Source: an uncultured Desulfobacter sp. (GTDB lineage Bacteria > Desulfobacterota > Desulfobacteria > Desulfobacterales > Desulfobacteraceae). Taken from it: a DNA stretch of 64,000 nucleotides. Position 1 is the first letter of the stretch. The number at the start of each line of letters is the position of its first letter. The notes beneath the pieces were generated by a model, which worked only from the letters and a program-made list of their open reading frames with translations, had not been told where the DNA came from and searched no databases. The stretch covers positions 4,224,001-4,288,000 of the forward strand of contig OY762069.1 in NCBI GenBank assembly GCA_963665095.1, in the 5' to 3' direction. A program made the position numbers and the translations under genes. Positions 59,291-64,000 of this stretch are shown piece by piece.

Positions 59291-59516
59291 TGCCTTTCAT
59301 TCGTATGTGTCCGGCAACAAAATGCCGTGTTATAAAAAAGGCCTCACCATATCATGAATTGTTCCGAATTTCACCATGATACAGCTTGTTTAAGCTTACT
59401 TTTTCTTATACTTTTTTGCGATTCCGGCACACTATCAGCAAAATTTTGCACACCAGTGCTCTGAAAAACATTTATTGGGGTTCAGGCGCCATCGTCTGAC
59501 AGCCTAAGATCTAAAT

Positions 59517-60593
59517 TTAAGATTGAACCAAAGCCATAAACTTAAGGTTGGCCCGGGGAAACGGAAATTGACGGAGCTGGGACTTCCTGACCCATTTGTA
59601 ATCAATGGGACCGTTGAGATTTACCCGACCGGACACATAATCGCAGAAGAACACATCCATTTCAATTTTAAAATGGGTGTAGGCATGAAAAACCCGTGTT
59701 AAAAATTCAAGGTTGCTGATTTCAATGCCGGTCTCTTCCCGGATTTCCCGGATGCATGCCTGTTCTGCAGTTTCTTTAGGTTCCACCTTGCCTCCGGGGA
59801 ATTCCCATAAACCGCCCAGAAGACCATCCATTTTTCTCCGTGTTATCAGAACGCGGCCGTTTTTCTGCACAACCCCCACAGCAATGTGAACAACAGGCAC
59901 TTTTTTCCTTTTCACACGCACGGGGAAAAGATCGGTCTGTCCGTTTTTATATGCGCGGCAGTCCTGGTTCAGCGGGCAGGTGCCGCACCCCGGGGTACCG
60001 GGTGTGCAGACCAGCGCGCCAAGCTCCATCACCGACTGGTTAAAGGTGCCCGGATCTTTGTCATACAAAAGCTGGGTCGCAATTTTTTTATAAACTTTGT
60101 GGGAGGCACTGTGATTTACCGGAGAGTCAATACAAAAAAGCCGTGCCAGCACGCGCTTGACATTGCCGTCCACCACAGCATGGCAATGACCTCTGGCAAT
60201 GCTGAGAACGGCTGAAGCAATATAATCCCCTACCCCGGGCAGACTGAGAAACCCGTCATACGCCTCCGGGATTCTGCCTGCCATGTCCTGCACCACCACA
60301 TTGGCGGCCTTATGGAGATTCCTGGCCCGGGCGTAGTATCCCAACCCCTCCCAGGCCTTAAGCACGGTTTCAAGGTCGGCCGTTGCCAGCGCATGCACAT
60401 CAGGCCAGGCATCCATGAATTTCAGATAGTAGGGGATCACAGTTTTAACCTGTGTCTGCTGGAGCATTACCTCAGAGACCCAGATGCGGTAAAGGGAGTT
60501 ATCCTGTCGCCAGGGAAGGACTCTTTTATTGTCATGGTACCAGGCCATTAAGGCGGCCTGTACTCTTTTTATTGTCTGGGAACTTAAGTTCAT
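59517..60593 (-). CDS. mutY: A/G-specific adenine glycosylase with C-terminal Nudix domain
   Basis: WVSEVMLQQTQV, WEGLGYYARARNL, LPGVG, VDGNVKRV, CxxxxxxCxxCxxxxxC Fe-S loop. Confidence 0.95.
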   Translation of the reverse strand: MNLSSQTIKRVQAALMAWYHDNKRVLPWRQDNSLYRIWVSEVMLQQTQVKTVIPYYLKFMDAWPDVHALATADLETVLKAWEGLGYYARARNLHKAANVVVQDMAGRIPEAYDGFLSLPGVGDYIASAVLSIARGHCHAVVDGNVKRVLARLFCIDSPVNHSASHKVYKKIATQLLYDKDPGTFNQSVMELGALVCTPGTPGCGTCPLNQDCRAYKNGQTDLFPVRVKRKKVPVVHIAVGVVQKNGRVLITRRKMDGLLGGLWEFPGGKVEPKETAEQACIREIREETGIEISNLEFLTRVFHAYTHFKIEMDVFFCDYVSGRVNLNGPIDYKWVRKSQLRQFPFPRANLKFMALVQS

Positions 60594-60639
60594 GACCAAC
60601 ATTCAATCTGCTGCGGATGCGCAGGCGTTTCAATGGTTA

Positions 60640-62661
60640 TCAGGTTTTCCTTTTCCCCGGATTAAAGCGTTTGACCCGGGATCTGAACCGGGACGAGGCA
60701 GATTCAGGACAGGCTTTTTTATACCGGATAGAGATATACAGGTCCATCATATCCTGAAGCTCCTCAGCCATATCCGGTCTTTTTTTTATGCAGGACCGGA
60801 AAAAATCACAAGGGCCCTGGCCCGCTCCTCTTTCAAGCCCCTCTCGGGAAAGCTTTTTCAATAATTTCTGAAACGCCTCTGCCACAGGATCCCGGACTTT
60901 TCTGCGACCTGTAACAAGCCATCCCATAACCAAAGAAAATATCAGTATCCCGCCAAGGGTACTCCCCCCCAGCAGCAGGCCCGGGGAAATCTGCTTCAAC
61001 AAGCCGGCGGCCTTAAGCCAGGCCCGCTGCTCCAGGGCGGAATATCCTGTAAACCAGGCCTCCCACTCCAGGTTCAGGGCCTGAACCGCAAACTTGATCC
61101 GGGACAGCAGGGGCAGCGTACCCCTGTCAGCGATGTTGCCCATGGCGGATCCGTCCGGATTGGTGGTGATCCGCTCCGGGGCCACCACACTGGTCGGATC
61201 CACCCGGACCCAGCCGGCACTCTGGTCAAAATATTCCACCCAGGCATGGGCATAGGAGAGCCGGACAATGAGAAAGCCGCCAAAGGGATTGAACTCGCCG
61301 CCAAGGTAACCGCCCACCACCCTGGCCGGCACGCCGGCATGGTTAAGCAGAAAGGCAAGCGCCCCGGCAAAATGCTCACAATACCCTTTCCGTGTTGAAA
61401 AAAGAAAATCATCCATGGGATGATTCCCCAGAAGAGGCGGGGTCTTGATATAGGAAAAGCCCTGGTACCGAAAAAACGCCAGTGCTGCCTCAACCGTCTG
61501 TTTAACAGAGTCTGAAGAACGGCTGAACTCCTGTGCCAGCTGAACAGCTTTGGGGTTCATGGGGCCGTTTCCGGCAATGATCTGCCGGTTCAAAAGCGCT
61601 GCACCGGCAGAATCTGACACCTCTTCAATAGAGCCTCCGTGGGCAGAAAGGCGCGAAATTGCCCGGTACCGGCCTTTTTTGCCCATCCGTTTTAAAGAGA
61701 CAAGGGTGCTGTCTTCTCTTTTAACAGCCCAGGGCGGCCCCTCCAATGGCCGGTCCAGGGCCGGCAGTCTCTGGCCACCGTGTTCGGCCAGAATAATGGT
61801 CTGAACAATATCTCCTTGTTTTCTGTCCCCGCTTTTCCCCGGGACTGATCGTGTCTGGCGGGGCCATGGCCCTTTGACCGGGCGCCAGGCCCTGCCGTCA
61901 AAGGTCTGAAACACAATGGTCCGCCAGTAAAGCTGATCCGGCCGGGGTGGCTGAGGGTCGAAAAGAGCCATGAAAGCCGGATCCTGATTTTCCGACAGCT
62001 TGCTGACACTGCCGGGGGCAAGGGTTTCGGACAGTCCTGTTTGGGCGGTGGCAGGATTTTTTAAGCCGAACAGACTGTCGGGAAGACGGGGAAAAATCAG
62101 AAAAAGGACAGCGGCAAGGGGAACAGCCTGGGCCAGGATGGTACCGGCCAGACGGCGGCAGCGGGTATTGTCAAATTCCGGGGCATTGATGCTGATCAGC
62201 GCTGTGGTGGTAACAAATACACAAAAAAGCATATACACCATCACCCAAAGGCTTTCAGACCTGAAAAGGGAGGTGATGATAATAAAATAGGTCAACAGCA
62301 GGGTGATCATCCGGTGGCGGTGGGTGGGCATCTCAAATGGCTTTATGGCCGCCATGAGCGCCATCAGACCCACAAAGCCATCTGCACCGATGCGCATCCT
62401 GAAGGTCATCATAAGTCCGAATACCCCCAGGAAAGCCAGAAAATGCCGGACCGGGGCATTGGGCAGGGGCCATCTGGTCCTAAGCACCAGCAGCCGGTAT
62501 CCCCACATGACAAGGCACCAGACAGTTATCCACAAAGGCAGACCTGGCACATGGGGCGCAATGGCCGTGATCAGGGCAAGGATAATAAGAAAGGTCTGCC
62601 TGTTTTCACCAGGGGCGCCAGAGCGTTCCCCGGCCAGAGCTGTGCCGGCTGCGCTATCCAT
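60640..62661 (-). CDS. Membrane transglutaminase-like protein (TgpA type)
   Basis: N-terminal TM segments, LYWR, GYCEHFA, PARVVGGY.GG, HAWVE, WVRVDPT; start probably MDSAA at 62661. Confidence 0.9.
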   Translation of the reverse strand: MDSAAGTALAGERSGAPGENRQTFLIILALITAIAPHVPGLPLWITVWCLVMWGYRLLVLRTRWPLPNAPVRHFLAFLGVFGLMMTFRMRIGADGFVGLMALMAAIKPFEMPTHRHRMITLLLTYFIIITSLFRSESLWVMVYMLFCVFVTTTALISINAPEFDNTRCRRLAGTILAQAVPLAAVLFLIFPRLPDSLFGLKNPATAQTGLSETLAPGSVSKLSENQDPAFMALFDPQPPRPDQLYWRTIVFQTFDGRAWRPVKGPWPRQTRSVPGKSGDRKQGDIVQTIILAEHGGQRLPALDRPLEGPPWAVKREDSTLVSLKRMGKKGRYRAISRLSAHGGSIEEVSDSAGAALLNRQIIAGNGPMNPKAVQLAQEFSRSSDSVKQTVEAALAFFRYQGFSYIKTPPLLGNHPMDDFLFSTRKGYCEHFAGALAFLLNHAGVPARVVGGYLGGEFNPFGGFLIVRLSYAHAWVEYFDQSAGWVRVDPTSVVAPERITTNPDGSAMGNIADRGTLPLLSRIKFAVQALNLEWEAWFTGYSALEQRAWLKAAGLLKQISPGLLLGGSTLGGILIFSLVMGWLVTGRRKVRDPVAEAFQKLLKKLSREGLERGAGQGPCDFFRSCIKKRPDMAEELQDMMDLYISIRYKKACPESASSRFRSRVKRFNPGKRKT

Positions 62662-63592
62662 CACCAAACAGGGCCAGGGACTCAAGGCACTGGTAAAAAT
62701 GCCGGTCCCCTTTTCCGGGTTCATGAAAAATACCCTCTTTCAGCCGCAGACCGTAGAATATTCCGGCACGCCGCGCATCAATAAGGGCCTGGCATAAAAT
62801 GGAGAGCTTTGCCTCCATCCCTCCTGTTTTAATGAGATCCAGATCAAGCAGCACCTGCTGGCCGGCGTCTGCACTGGAAAAATTCTTCACGAACAGCCCC
62901 TGCCCCCTGGAATAGGTTTTCCATGCAATCCGGCCCAGGGGGCTGCCCGGGATATAGGGGTTTAATCCCTGAAAATCGTCAGGCTCGGAGCCGGCTGGAT
63001 TTTTTGCGTGACGGGTGCTGTTGTCCTGCGTGTCATCCCCCTGCCCTGACCTTCCCCGGGACAGGCGTCCTTTTAGAGGTTCCGGATAGACCAATCCACC
63101 TGCATTTAAAGGCAGGCTGGCAGACAGGCGGAACAGGCCAAAGGGATATGAAGAAAAAACCTCCAGGGTGCCCGGTTCAAAGCGGCCTCTTTTCCGGGTA
63201 TCAACCACAAGGTCTGTGCGGTGCCGGCTGTGCTGGATTTCAGTGACCGGTATATTCTTAAAAGCCATGCTTAAAGAGTGACCTGCGACAGGCTCTTTGC
63301 TCCGGCCCATGGCATCCCCCTTCAGAGGCTCTGCTTTAATCTGAAAGGGAAAAATCAAGGGCTGTCCGGCAAATACGCCCTGGACATCCAGAAGGGCAAC
63401 ATCAAGTCCCAGAAGATTTCGAAACGAGTGGAACAACGAGATAAACGTCATGCTGCCCAGAAGAAACACCAGGGCAAACCCGGCATTGTTGTTGTAGTTG
63501 ATTGAGCCAAGCAGCATTGCAATGAGAATGGTGAGGAAAAGCAGGCCCTGACCTGTGGGGCGAAAGGAGAGATGGGACCTTTCAACCCGCAT
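62654..63592 (-). CDS. DUF58 family protein
   Basis: GSINYNNN, YPFGLF, LVYP.P, DDFQGLNPY.PG...IAWK. Confidence 0.9.
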   Translation of the reverse strand: MRVERSHLSFRPTGQGLLFLTILIAMLLGSINYNNNAGFALVFLLGSMTFISLFHSFRNLLGLDVALLDVQGVFAGQPLIFPFQIKAEPLKGDAMGRSKEPVAGHSLSMAFKNIPVTEIQHSRHRTDLVVDTRKRGRFEPGTLEVFSSYPFGLFRLSASLPLNAGGLVYPEPLKGRLSRGRSGQGDDTQDNSTRHAKNPAGSEPDDFQGLNPYIPGSPLGRIAWKTYSRGQGLFVKNFSSADAGQQVLLDLDLIKTGGMEAKLSILCQALIDARRAGIFYGLRLKEGIFHEPGKGDRHFYQCLESLALFGDG

Positions 63593-64000
63593 TACAAAGG
63601 CACCTGTACCTGTTGAAACGCGGCTGTGATTTCTGCCGGGGAACAGTGGCCAGTCCCCTGAACCGGCGAAAGCCTGTGGCCGGCTACCCAGGGCAGGATG
63701 TGCTGAAGGTCTTCGGGCAGGGTGTGGTCCCGGCCACTGATGCGGGCCCAGGCCCGGGATGCTCTAAGCAGGGAAAGTCCTGCCCGGGGGGAGAGACCAA
63801 TCTCAAACCGGCCCGACGTCCTTGAAAAATCCAGGATATCCTGCAGGTAGGCCAGAAAATGATCCGAGGCATGGACCTGCTCGACTTCTTTCTGGATCTC
63901 CAGCACCTGGTCCGGGGTGAGGTAACGCGCATCCGCCTTTATTACCGGCGGCCTGTACTGGCCTTTAAGGATGCGATTTTCTGCCTCCCGGTCCGGATAT
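63592..64000 (-). CDS. MoxR-family AAA+ ATPase, C-terminal part (runs off the window end)
   Basis: YPDREAE..., GLSPRAGLSL.RASRAWA..GRDH.LPEDLQ...VAGHRL; typical MoxR-DUF58-transglutaminase order. Confidence 0.88.
   Translation of the reverse strand, partial: YPDREAENRILKGQYRPPVIKADARYLTPDQVLEIQKEVEQVHASDHFLAYLQDILDFSRTSGRFEIGLSPRAGLSLLRASRAWARISGRDHTLPEDLQHILPWVAGHRLSPVQGTGHCSPAEITAAFQQVQVPL

Noticed and set aside
59291..59516. Possible RiPP precursor peptide upstream of YcaO
   Set aside because: No convincing short ORF with an RBS and a Cys/Ser/Thr-rich core was seen.
60640..64000. MoxR-DUF58-transglutaminase triad as a novel system
   Set aside because: This is a widespread, already described gene arrangement.
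1..64000. CRISPR array, tRNA/rRNA, prophage or defence island
   Set aside because: No regularly spaced direct repeats, RNA gene signatures, integrase, phage or defence genes were recognised.

Overview
This 64 kb window is mostly core and metabolic chromosome from an anaerobic sulfate-reducing Desulfobacterota, most likely family Desulfobacteraceae (inferred from gene content such as nqrA and ahbB, the Zur box style and the intergenic repeat family). It holds about 50 CDS: the start of nqrA, two hybrid histidine kinases, a molybdopterin oxidoreductase with an Fe-S partner and GlxA-type regulator, a GntR-linked trpBA, mtnA-ahbB-B12 radical SAM, znuACB-zur, a sigma54-controlled TRAP / acetoacetate-CoA ligase / 3-hydroxybutyrate dehydrogenase operon, tkt, an rlmN-like gene, c-di-GMP enzymes, a fadD-aidB-like-tetR operon, YcaO-TPR with a CoA-transferase-GNAT fusion, mutY and a MoxR-DUF58-transglutaminase triad. 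I saw no rRNA, tRNA, CRISPR array or intact transposase. Non-coding highlights are a truncated group II intron 5' fragment joined to an ABC-binding-protein pseudogene, two long perfect palindromes and two copies of a REP/MITE-like repeat. The best candidate for an undescribed system is the YcaO-TPR gene paired with a GNAT whose CoA-transferase domain appears catalytically dead. All family calls come from motif recognition by eye, with no database searches.
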